From a virus, in the IMG/VR virus record IMGVR_UViG_3300003155_000003: DNA of 64,000 nucleotides; one strand, written 5' to 3'. How positions within the stretch are numbered: position 1 is the stretch's first letter; each line of letters opens with the position of its first letter. The position numbers and the translations under genes were made by a program. Positions 37,128-44,666 of the stretch are shown here, one piece after another. Below the pieces are notes generated by a model that was not told where the DNA came from, did not search any database, and saw only the letters and a list, made by a program, of their open reading frames with translations.

Positions 37128-37634
37128 ATGGAAAGCAACTCTTTTAACACAGTCTTCAAAACTAGCCTTATAGGATTCACTTCTGAATTCTACGGTATTA
37201 TCTTTGACCTAAGGTGGATGATTTTATTAGCCTTTGTATTAATACTCTCGGACTTCTGGTTTGGAATATCCGTCAGTAGGATGCAGGGCATAGAAGTAAG
37301 AAAATCTAGAGCAGGAAGAAGAACTCTTAATAAAATTATTGATTATTTATGTTACGTATTACTTGGAGCCATTATAGGTAAGGCTATTGGAGACCCCTAT
37401 GGACTTAATCCTATAACAGTTTCTATAACAATCATGATACTATGTTATTGTTTCGAAATAGATAGTATTTACAACCATATCTGTGAACTTCATGGAGTAA
37501 AGAAAAGGTATAGTATATGGGCTATCTTATGGAAATTTATAACATTCAAGTTCAAAGATGTAGGAGAGGCTTTCCAAGATATGAAAAATCAATCGAAAGA
37601 TTTTAAGAACAATAAAAACGAGGATACAGTATGA
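37128..37634 (+). CDS. holin (multi-TM, TcdE/phage_holin_4-like)
   Basis: Three to four hydrophobic helices (WMILLAFVLILSDFWFGI, YLCYVLLGAIIGKAIG, ITVSITIMILCYCF) are followed by an E.DSI.N motif (FEIDSIYNHICELHG), and the C-terminus is charged. Confidence 0.55.
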   Translation: MESNSFNTVFKTSLIGFTSEFYGIIFDLRWMILLAFVLILSDFWFGISVSRMQGIEVRKSRAGRRTLNKIIDYLCYVLLGAIIGKAIGDPYGLNPITVSITIMILCYCFEIDSIYNHICELHGVKKRYSIWAILWKFITFKFKDVGEAFQDMKNQSKDFKNNKNEDTV

Positions 37635-38896
37635 AAACTTATTTCGATTATGAAGGTATTATTAAATCCAAGGATGCAGCTGAAGCCATAGCTGCACCAG
37701 TTGGTATAGGCCCCTTTTGTGGATTTGGTTCAGCAGTGATAAATAACAATGCTATCACAATATCTCCAAATGGAGAACCTACCTCACCGGCTTACCTGGC
37801 AATAAAGGATAGAATTATTGCAAGGTATATGACTAAGGCTTCGGATTCTGGAGAAGGCCCAGAAGTTAATTTCGGATGTATTGCCAGGGATGGTATGATA
37901 TTTATATCGGATGCTGCAACAATCCGTATCTCAAATATCGAAGGTTCTAAAGGTAGTAATGAAGATGTGATTGTATTTGCATATCATACTCCTTTGGAAG
38001 AACCAGTACAGAACCCAGTACAATTTAGAGCTTTCTGGAATGAATCAAATTCCTTCTACAGTTTGTATAAGAAGTCGGTAGACCCCTTATATCCAAGTGC
38101 TAAGGGGTCTAGAAACTTGTCAAAAACAAACGTATTAGAAGATACGGAATTAACTTATGAGTCACTAGCTAGTAGAGCTATGGCTTCGGTAGCTCAAGGC
38201 TTGGTAGACAAATCATCCATGGTACTGATAGGTATTTATGGTCAAGGTATTAACTCTATAGATAATACAGTAGAGAAATATTCTATTGTCCCCTATGGGG
38301 GAAGATTCCCTCAACCAGTAGAATATAATACTGCTATCCATGGTATGCAACAATCTAATGTAGAAACTCTCTTACGGTTATTACAGGGATTCCCTAATTT
38401 TGATATTAAGGCTTATATTGATGAAAAATTAGGTAGTAGTAATAGTGTGGGAGGCTCAAGTATACCGAGAGGATTAATTGCTATGTGGAATGGTACTCAG
38501 ATTCCTGATGGCTGGGCTTTATGTAATGGTCAGATTGTAGATGATTTACAAACTCCAGACTTATCTGGTAAGTTTATAGTAGGTTGGCAATCTGGTAATG
38601 AGGATTATAATCTTATTGGTAATACTGGAGGTAAAGATAAAGTTACATTAAGTGCTACCGAGATACCTGCTCATAACCATGAATTTCAAGATGCCTATTT
38701 TTGTGAAGCTTTTTCAGATATGGTTGCTCCCAATGGTACGAAATGGATTGGTAATAACCTTACTGGTGCCAAATCTTCCGATAGAGATAATTCCTATGTA
38801 TCCCTGTGGAATCATAATACTCTTGATACTGGTGGAGGACGAGCTCATGAGAATAGACCTCCCTATTACGTACTAGCTTACATTATAAAACTATAA
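37631..38896 (+). CDS. tail fibre protein with C-terminal phage tail-collar domain
   Basis: GLIAMWNGTQIPDGWALCNGQ...TPDLSGKFIVGW...GNTGGKDKVTLSATEIPAHNH...HENRPPYYVLAYIIK is the tail-collar signature. Confidence 0.7.
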   Translation: MKTYFDYEGIIKSKDAAEAIAAPVGIGPFCGFGSAVINNNAITISPNGEPTSPAYLAIKDRIIARYMTKASDSGEGPEVNFGCIARDGMIFISDAATIRISNIEGSKGSNEDVIVFAYHTPLEEPVQNPVQFRAFWNESNSFYSLYKKSVDPLYPSAKGSRNLSKTNVLEDTELTYESLASRAMASVAQGLVDKSSMVLIGIYGQGINSIDNTVEKYSIVPYGGRFPQPVEYNTAIHGMQQSNVETLLRLLQGFPNFDIKAYIDEKLGSSNSVGGSSIPRGLIAMWNGTQIPDGWALCNGQIVDDLQTPDLSGKFIVGWQSGNEDYNLIGNTGGKDKVTLSATEIPAHNHEFQDAYFCEAFSDMVAPNGTKWIGNNLTGAKSSDRDNSYVSLWNHNTLDTGGGRAHENRPPYYVLAYIIKL

Positions 38897-38962
38897 TAAT
38901 GTGTAACTACTTGTAACAATATCAATGAACTTTTAATTTATGAATTGCTTAACAATTGGGAT

Positions 38963-38994
38963 AGGGACGTTGGGAAACGCCCCTTTCTTTTTGT
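38963..38994 (+). terminator. terminator hairpin between convergent genes
   Basis: AGGGACGTT / AACGCCCCT form a stem with one mismatch and a GGGA loop, followed by TTTCTTTTTG. Confidence 0.5.
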
Positions 38995-38996
38995 GT

Positions 38997-39650
38997 TTAG
39001 TAATGCAGTTCTTTTTTGGCTTTCTCTTCCCAGTATTGAATATCCGCCTTTAGTTCACTAATATACTTGATAGAATTCTTAGTTCGAGGCATATCAAAGA
39101 ACTCTACTAAAAGTATATTGGTAATTCTCCCTGACTCAGGCATACGTTCTTTAATATAAGGTGGAGGAGTTACTAATACCTCGAATAACATATAAGCATC
39201 TGAAGACAGGTTAGCTTTCATATAATCATAAAGCAATTCCAGCATATCTTCTTTAGCTTTAGTTTCTTCCTCATCATCTTCGAGTTCCTTATCATTATCA
39301 AATAAATCCTCAAGCTTAAATAAGTTCTGATTATATTCTGCAACCTCTCCATAGGCAAATCTCAGAAGCTTATTTTTAAAAGTAGCTAGAGATGATAAGA
39401 TTCTTGCTTTAAGATGTTCTTCACTACAAGTACCGTAGTACTTATTAAAAACAAATAACATTTTATCCCAGAAATAAGAAGATATTATATCTGGAGTAAG
39501 GTTGAATCTTTTGTAATCTATCTGTTTGGTTAGGTTCCTAATAACAGGTTTACAAACTTTATACAACCTATTAAACATTGCTTCATCATAATCCTGCATA
39601 GGTTTTAATCTGTGCAGTTCTGAACCATTATTACCGTTGGTCTTTCTCAT
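38997..39650 (-). CDS. putative transcription regulator (sigma-factor-like, weak); only internal minus-strand gene
   Basis: A 217-aa ORF. FNRLYKVCKPVIRNLTKQI...PDIISSYFWDKMLFVFNKYY loosely resembles sigma-70 region 2. There is an acidic central linker, and the gene sits at the boundary between the late and early modules. Confidence 0.3.
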   Translation of the reverse strand: MRKTNGNNGSELHRLKPMQDYDEAMFNRLYKVCKPVIRNLTKQIDYKRFNLTPDIISSYFWDKMLFVFNKYYGTCSEEHLKARILSSLATFKNKLLRFAYGEVAEYNQNLFKLEDLFDNDKELEDDEEETKAKEDMLELLYDYMKANLSSDAYMLFEVLVTPPPYIKERMPESGRITNILLVEFFDMPRTKNSIKYISELKADIQYWEEKAKKELHY

Positions 39651-39674
39651 ATCTTTATAAATATTTCGTTAATG

Positions 39675-39682
39675 CAAATATA
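39675..39682 (-). promoter_or_regulatory. Bacteroidota-type -7 promoter element TAnnTTTG (TATATTTG on the minus strand)
   Basis: The + strand caaatata at 39675-39682 is the reverse complement of TATATTTG. It lies about 25 nt upstream of the minus-strand ATG (39650). No clear -33 TTTG was seen. Confidence 0.4.
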
Positions 39683-39828
39683 TAAATTTATTCATTATAT
39701 AATATAAGAATATTAAAATATTTCACCGAACGGCTGAGGATTAGAAGACTAGATACTGTGGACATGAGTTCAGAACTATATGGAGACTATCAAAATCTAT
39801 TAGTTATTATATTGCAATATATTAATGT

Positions 39829-41259
39829 ATGAAAAAAGATAAAATCAAATTTTCGTTCGACCCGAGTTTCCAGTTAGAGATACTCCGGTTCATTATTCAA
39901 GATAAGGAAGGAGGTTTAGTACTGGGAAGATTAAAACCCAGTTACTTAGTTCTTATTGAGCATTCCTTAATATGTGAGGGTATACTTAAGTACTTTAAGA
40001 AGACAAAAAAGATACCCTCTCAGAATGTACTAAAGGAAGTGATAAAGGAAATGCTAGAATCCAAGGCTTATGTAGATTTAGTAACTAAGGATGACATACC
40101 AACTATTGAGAGAACCATTAAAAACCTCTATTCAATTCAACTATCGGATTCGGATTATATTAAAGAGAAGATTTATAAGTTCTCTACTTATGTTGAGATG
40201 AAGAACTTAAATGATTCATTTGACTTGGATAACTTCGAACAATACGAAGAATATTCTAAAAAGATTGAGAAGGTTCTTCAAAAGAGTAAGCCTAAGAAAG
40301 AGGATGAACCCTTATATATGATTCGAGATGTTACGGAGAGACAATTTAAAAGACAATCAGAACCTTCAGTAGTTCCCTGTCCGTTTAGGCAATTGAATGA
40401 TTTGACCAATGCCGGAGGATTTCCAGTTGCTTCAGTAAATGTAATCTTGGATAGACCAAAGGCAAAGAAAACATTCTTCATGGTAAACCTTGCAAGAGGA
40501 TACCTAAGAATGAAGAAGTCAGTATTATATATAGATACAGAAAATGGCCAAGAACAAATCATGGACCGTTTCATTCAATCAAGTATCAATAAAACAAAGA
40601 AGGAATTATATTCCGGAGATTACGATAAACTCGAGGCTAAGCATTTAAGGAAATTGGCAAGGTTTGGAGTTGAATTGGTAGTTGAAAGAGTACCCGCATT
40701 AATTACTGACTGCAATTATATAAGAGAGAAGATATTAACTCTTAGAAGCCAGGGGATTGATATTAAGGTATTGATGGTCGATTATGCAGGTAAGCTTGCA
40801 TCATTAGCCAAGGATAAAGAGGATTTCGATAGAATCTCGAATGTATATATTGACTTACAGAACTTAGCAGAGGAACTACATTTAGATATTATATGGACTG
40901 CTCATCATATTACAAGGGAGGGTAAGAAACATAGAACTACTAAATACGATGAGAATGATATCTCAGGCTCAATTGCAATTGTACGTAATGCTCAATTTAT
41001 AATGGGTCTTAATTGTACTGAGCAAGAGGAGAAAGATAATATTCTTCGAGTTGAGATTGTAGTACAAAGAGATGGTCTTCCTTCGGGTAGAGCTTTATTC
41101 AAATGTGATGTCGAAAGACAAAGATGTACAGAATTTACTAAAGAACAACGAAAGCAATATGATGAAGTATACGGTAGTAAATTGGATGAGCAATTTAAAA
41201 AGAAAGATAATCCAGATGCTGATTCCAAGAAAAGAGCTAATAACTGTGGAGATATATAA
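39829..41259 (+). CDS. DnaB-like replicative DNA helicase
   Basis: C-terminal RecA-like domain: PFRQLNDLTNAGGFPVASVNVILDRPKAKKTFFMVNLA (DnaB motifs H1 and Walker A, with the variant KAKKT), YIDTENGQEQIMDRFI, VLMVDYAGKL (Walker B), and IWTAHHITREG. Confidence 0.6.
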   Translation: MKKDKIKFSFDPSFQLEILRFIIQDKEGGLVLGRLKPSYLVLIEHSLICEGILKYFKKTKKIPSQNVLKEVIKEMLESKAYVDLVTKDDIPTIERTIKNLYSIQLSDSDYIKEKIYKFSTYVEMKNLNDSFDLDNFEQYEEYSKKIEKVLQKSKPKKEDEPLYMIRDVTERQFKRQSEPSVVPCPFRQLNDLTNAGGFPVASVNVILDRPKAKKTFFMVNLARGYLRMKKSVLYIDTENGQEQIMDRFIQSSINKTKKELYSGDYDKLEAKHLRKLARFGVELVVERVPALITDCNYIREKILTLRSQGIDIKVLMVDYAGKLASLAKDKEDFDRISNVYIDLQNLAEELHLDIIWTAHHITREGKKHRTTKYDENDISGSIAIVRNAQFIMGLNCTEQEEKDNILRVEIVVQRDGLPSGRALFKCDVERQRCTEFTKEQRKQYDEVYGSKLDEQFKKKDNPDADSKKRANNCGDI

Positions 41260-41437
41260 ATGCAAACTCGGTATTCATGATTGGGTAACCGAGCATTGGT
41301 GGGAAACCAGACAGAAACCCAGGAAGGCTATCTTTTCAAAGAAAGGCGGTAGGAAGAGGGCTCAGTATTATACTAAATATTGTACGAGAACTTACTGTAG
41401 AATCTGTGGTAAAAAGAAAAAGAGAAATGAGAACTAA
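41246..41437 (+). CDS. possible small Cys-rich basic protein (start uncertain; GTG at 41246 or upstream ATGs overlapping the helicase gene)
   Basis: The frame of track ORF 41072-41437 reads ...KCKLGIHDWVTEHWWETRQKPRKAIFSKKGGRKRAQYYTKYCTRTYCRICGKKKKRNEN. This fills the gap after the helicase stop codon. Confidence 0.3.
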   Translation: MEIYKCKLGIHDWVTEHWWETRQKPRKAIFSKKGGRKRAQYYTKYCTRTYCRICGKKKKRNEN

Positions 41438-41606
41438 AAAAGTAGAAGTAGTAAAAGACAGATGGACTGATGGATTGGCTTTAGAAATATCCCATAATGG
41501 TTGGCAAATAACTTCCATCAGTAACCTGGATTTAGAGGATTTAAAGAGAATCCGAAAAGTAATTCGTAAAGCTATAAAGGAACATGAAAATAACAAATCA
41601 GTTTAA
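41406..41606 (+). CDS. hypothetical small protein
   Basis: A 66-aa ORF bridging to the primase gene. Whether it is coding is uncertain. Confidence 0.35.
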   Translation: MVKRKREMRTKKVEVVKDRWTDGLALEISHNGWQITSISNLDLEDLKRIRKVIRKAIKEHENNKSV

Positions 41607-42534
41607 GTCTAAGCTCAAAACTTATTTCATTAAAAGACTTGGAGCTTTTGAATATAGGAGAGGATGGATGAAACTCCCAACTTGCCCATACTGTCACAGG
41701 GAATTAAAGATGGGAGTTAATCTTTCCATGTACAGAACTAATTGCTTTAGATGTAATAAACATCCGAATCCTTCACAATTAGTTATGGATGTTGAGGGAT
41801 TCGATACTTATCACGAACTTATAAATTTCTTAAACAATGGACAATTCGAAGAACTTGAATTTCATGATGAAAAGGTTGAACTTGCCAAAGCTAAACCTTT
41901 GTACTTACCCGATAGTTTTAGACTCCTTAGTATCGGAGATTCACAAATTGCAAGGAGCATTAGAAGCTATGTCAAAGGCCGCGGATTTAGTATTGAAGAG
42001 TTATGTAAACATGGAGTTGGTTATGCGACGAAGGAACCTTTCTTCGGATACCTTATTATACCGTTCTATTATCATGGCCAACTTAGGTATTACAATGCCA
42101 GAAAAGTTATCGGAAACGGTCCTCGGTATAATAACCCCAACAAAGATATCACAGGCCTTGGAAAAGAGTTTATCATATTTAATTATGACGCATTGGAAAT
42201 GTACAGGTCGGTATTCATTTGCGAAGGAGCACTTAATGCTCTCACCCTCGGAGATAGAGCTATTGCCACAATGGGCAAAGTTGTATCTAAATATCAACTA
42301 AACGAACTAATAAAGGCACCTTGTCAACGGTATATAATTCTATTAGATTTTGATGCTCAAAAGTATGCTATAGAATTAGCCTTAAAACTCATATCGTATA
42401 AGAAGGTGAAGTTAGTTCTTTTTGAGGATAATCGAGATGTAAATGACTTAGGTAAGAAAGCCGTTCTTAAAAAGGTTTACAAAACTAAGTATGCTACTTA
42501 TCAAGATTTAATTAAACTTAAAAACTCACTATAA
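41584..42534 (+). CDS. DNA primase (zinc-ribbon + TOPRIM)
   Basis: Zinc ribbon CPYCHRELKMGVNLSMYRTNCFRCNKH, TOPRIM glutamate FICEGALNALTL and DxD ILLDFDAQ. It is adjacent to the helicase gene. Confidence 0.75.
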   Translation: MKITNQFKSKLKTYFIKRLGAFEYRRGWMKLPTCPYCHRELKMGVNLSMYRTNCFRCNKHPNPSQLVMDVEGFDTYHELINFLNNGQFEELEFHDEKVELAKAKPLYLPDSFRLLSIGDSQIARSIRSYVKGRGFSIEELCKHGVGYATKEPFFGYLIIPFYYHGQLRYYNARKVIGNGPRYNNPNKDITGLGKEFIIFNYDALEMYRSVFICEGALNALTLGDRAIATMGKVVSKYQLNELIKAPCQRYIILLDFDAQKYAIELALKLISYKKVKLVLFEDNRDVNDLGKKAVLKKVYKTKYATYQDLIKLKNSL

Positions 42535-43061
42535 TGGAAGATAATGTACCGGGTTTTATAGGTTACCATATTACTAGAGAGGGAGAATTGTATTCAAGAC
42601 GGGTAGAAAGATCTCCTCATAAGTTTGGTAAATGGCATAAATTAAGACTTTCGAAAAAGGTTAGAGTTAAGGTAAGACTCTATAAGGATGGTATGGGTTA
42701 TGATTTGAGTATTAGTAGGTTGGTGGCTTTAGTATATGTATATAATCCTAATCCTTCTAGATTTAATGAGGTAATGCACTTAGATAATAACCCCTTAAAT
42801 AATCATTATAGGAATCTTCAATGGGGTACACATAGTATGAATATACAACAAATGATTTTCGAACAGAGAAGAAGGTCATTTAAAACTACCCAAAATCCCA
42901 ACTGGGAAAATTTTAAGATTTCTGATAGAAAACTGAGAAGATTTAAAAGATTACTGAGTTTAGGTAATAGTAAGCTATACATTAGTAAAAGGTTAAAGGT
43001 GTCACGTAAAACGCTCTATAACTTTATTCATAGAACTAAAGTCAGAAACTCTTTGGAATAA
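42534..43061 (+). CDS. HNH homing endonuclease (NUMOD4 + HNH_3 + C-terminal HTH)
   Basis: VPGFIGYHITREGELYS, SRLVALVYVYNPNP, MHLDNNPLNNHYRNLQWGTHSMN and a C-terminal LYISKRLKVSRKTLYNFI. The ATG overlaps the primase stop codon. Confidence 0.85.
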   Translation: MEDNVPGFIGYHITREGELYSRRVERSPHKFGKWHKLRLSKKVRVKVRLYKDGMGYDLSISRLVALVYVYNPNPSRFNEVMHLDNNPLNNHYRNLQWGTHSMNIQQMIFEQRRRSFKTTQNPNWENFKISDRKLRRFKRLLSLGNSKLYISKRLKVSRKTLYNFIHRTKVRNSLE

Positions 43062-43095
43062 GGATTTCCTATTATATTATATAACTTAAAATATT

Positions 43096-43239
43096 ATGAA
43101 CCGATTAATTGAAGCTTTTATAAACAAGTTCTTATGTTGTCATGAATATGAAATCATCCATAAGACAGATTATGTAGATTGTGTTAAGGTACTATTAAAA
43201 TGTACCAAGTGTGGTAAACTTAAAAGAAAAAAGGTATGA
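43096..43239 (+). CDS. small zinc-ribbon-like ORF (47 aa), below the ORF-track size cut-off
   Basis: ATG at 43096. The translation is MNRLIEAFINKFLCCHEYEIIHKTDYVDCVKVLLKCTKCGKLKRKKV. The stop TGA (43237-43239) overlaps the next ATG (43236) in an ATGA arrangement typical of this genome. Confidence 0.4.
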   Translation: MNRLIEAFINKFLCCHEYEIIHKTDYVDCVKVLLKCTKCGKLKRKKV

Positions 43240-44066
43240 ATACTAAACGTTCTCCTTCTATTCATATAACTAAGTCTCAATTTGAGGAAATACTAAATAC
43301 CTTAGAGGTAGATAACTTCCCAGTTGAGGCTTTTTTTGTTATTGCCAGGAAAATGGCAATAAATACTAGAGCAGTGGTTGTTTCTAATAAAGGGACAACT
43401 AAGAAAGTAACTAACATATTACTAGCATCCAAAGGGAATGCTGCCTTAGTTGCTGATATTTTATATGCAACCCGTATAAAGTTAAAGCATAGAGGAGTTC
43501 GTAAAATAAACGAAAGTAATACAAGGGAATGGGCAAATTGTAAAAAGCTTGCCGAGATATGTAATACCTTCTGTGAGGATTTTAAATTTGATACTCGGGA
43601 AGGTTTTATTAAATATATTGAGACAGGCTTAAAGAGGATGACTGATTATAGGAATGTTATGCAAAGGTTAATATCTATGCAGGACAACATTACTAATCAG
43701 GTAGATGCTGAAATAGAATTGCAATATTCTGATTCAAAGCTTACTAAAGAGATACATGATTATTTCATAGGTAAGATTGCTAAGGCAACTGGTATATATG
43801 AATCCTATGAAAATAAACCTGAGAAATATGTACACTTTGCAAAGGTAGGAGAATTCCTAAAAGAAGAAGGTTGGGATTATAAGACATTCATTGATGCCCA
43901 GTTTGAGTCTCTTGCATGGTGTAATGGTTTGCCAGATATTGCACAGATGTATACGGATAAAGCCGTTGAAAGATACAATAAGTATTTATATAAGTATAGG
44001 AATAAAAAATCCTTAGAGGAGGAACCTGAAGTTGAAGGTTCTCTCTGGGAAAAGATTAATAATTAA
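43236..44066 (+). CDS. hypothetical protein
   Basis: A 276-aa ORF with no recognisable motif. Confidence 0.55.
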   Translation: MNTKRSPSIHITKSQFEEILNTLEVDNFPVEAFFVIARKMAINTRAVVVSNKGTTKKVTNILLASKGNAALVADILYATRIKLKHRGVRKINESNTREWANCKKLAEICNTFCEDFKFDTREGFIKYIETGLKRMTDYRNVMQRLISMQDNITNQVDAEIELQYSDSKLTKEIHDYFIGKIAKATGIYESYENKPEKYVHFAKVGEFLKEEGWDYKTFIDAQFESLAWCNGLPDIAQMYTDKAVERYNKYLYKYRNKKSLEEEPEVEGSLWEKINN

Positions 44067-44078
44067 AAACGTAACGTT

Positions 44079-44666
44079 ATGAAAGCTTTAAAATTTTTAG
44101 GTAACAGAGTAGAGGATGCGGCTAATGCTTTTATTGATGTCCTCAAGTATTCAGACCAATCCGTAGATTACCCAGATTTCAACGATATCGAACCTTGGCC
44201 GGATGATATTGTTAACATGTTCAAGGATGCTCTGAAGGATAAACCTTTCTCAGAGATTAGTGCTATCCTAATGTATACTCAACAGTCTTCAAGGTTCGAA
44301 CCTATTGCAGAACTTATGTTGGGTATTGGTTTGGTAGAGATGAGACACTATGATAAATTATCTGATTTCTTACAGAAGGCAGACCCATACGAGGAGAATC
44401 CAGTTATGGATATTTATCCAAAGGTAGAGGTAGGTTTTTCTCCTGAGAGTGCTTTAAAGATTGCATTAGATTCGGAGATAGAAACCATCGGTCATTACAA
44501 GAAGATTATGAATAACGTAGCTTTATACAATGACCGGGCAGATTACGATGACGTGATGTACTTATTGAATAAGTTGGTTGCTGATGAAGAACATCACATT
44601 AAACTTCTCAAAGAGGCAATGGGTATGGATAAATCCACTAAAGGTGTAACGGTAATTATCAAATGA
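44079..44666 (+). CDS. ferritin-like di-iron carboxylate protein (rubrerythrin / Mn-catalase-like four-helix bundle)
   Basis: Two ExxH motifs with upstream Glu residues: SEISAILMY...LVEMRHYDKL and DSEIETIGHY...VADEEHHIKLL. Confidence 0.5.
   Translation: MKALKFLGNRVEDAANAFIDVLKYSDQSVDYPDFNDIEPWPDDIVNMFKDALKDKPFSEISAILMYTQQSSRFEPIAELMLGIGLVEMRHYDKLSDFLQKADPYEENPVMDIYPKVEVGFSPESALKIALDSEIETIGHYKKIMNNVALYNDRADYDDVMYLLNKLVADEEHHIKLLKEAMGMDKSTKGVTVIIK

Noticed and set aside
41837-42301. A 154-aa + strand ORF and a 98-aa minus-strand ORF nested in the primase gene. Similar nested ORFs occur in terL (2683-3443), the portal gene (3978-4439), the fibre gene (many between 11110 and 16353) and sbcC (62149-62523).
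   Set aside because: All lie inside longer ORFs that carry diagnostic motifs. The fibre-gene shadows are a consequence of the low-complexity repeat coding sequence.
43071-43080. The 10-mer ATTATATTAT is shared by 1229-1238 and 43071-43080, with ATTATATTG at 39806-39814. It was considered as a candidate early promoter -10-like box about 15 nt upstream of two ATGs.
   Set aside because: In a genome this AT-rich, an A/T-only 10-mer is expected about once by chance. The 1229 copy is 255 nt from the next gene. The evidence is insufficient without a genome-wide motif analysis.
44292-44303. AGGTTCGAACCT, which resembles a tRNA T-arm (GGTTCGAA).
   Set aside because: It lies inside the ferritin-like CDS, is simply a 12-bp palindrome, and has no flanking acceptor, D-arm or anticodon-arm complementarity. 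No tRNA gene was recognisable anywhere in the window.
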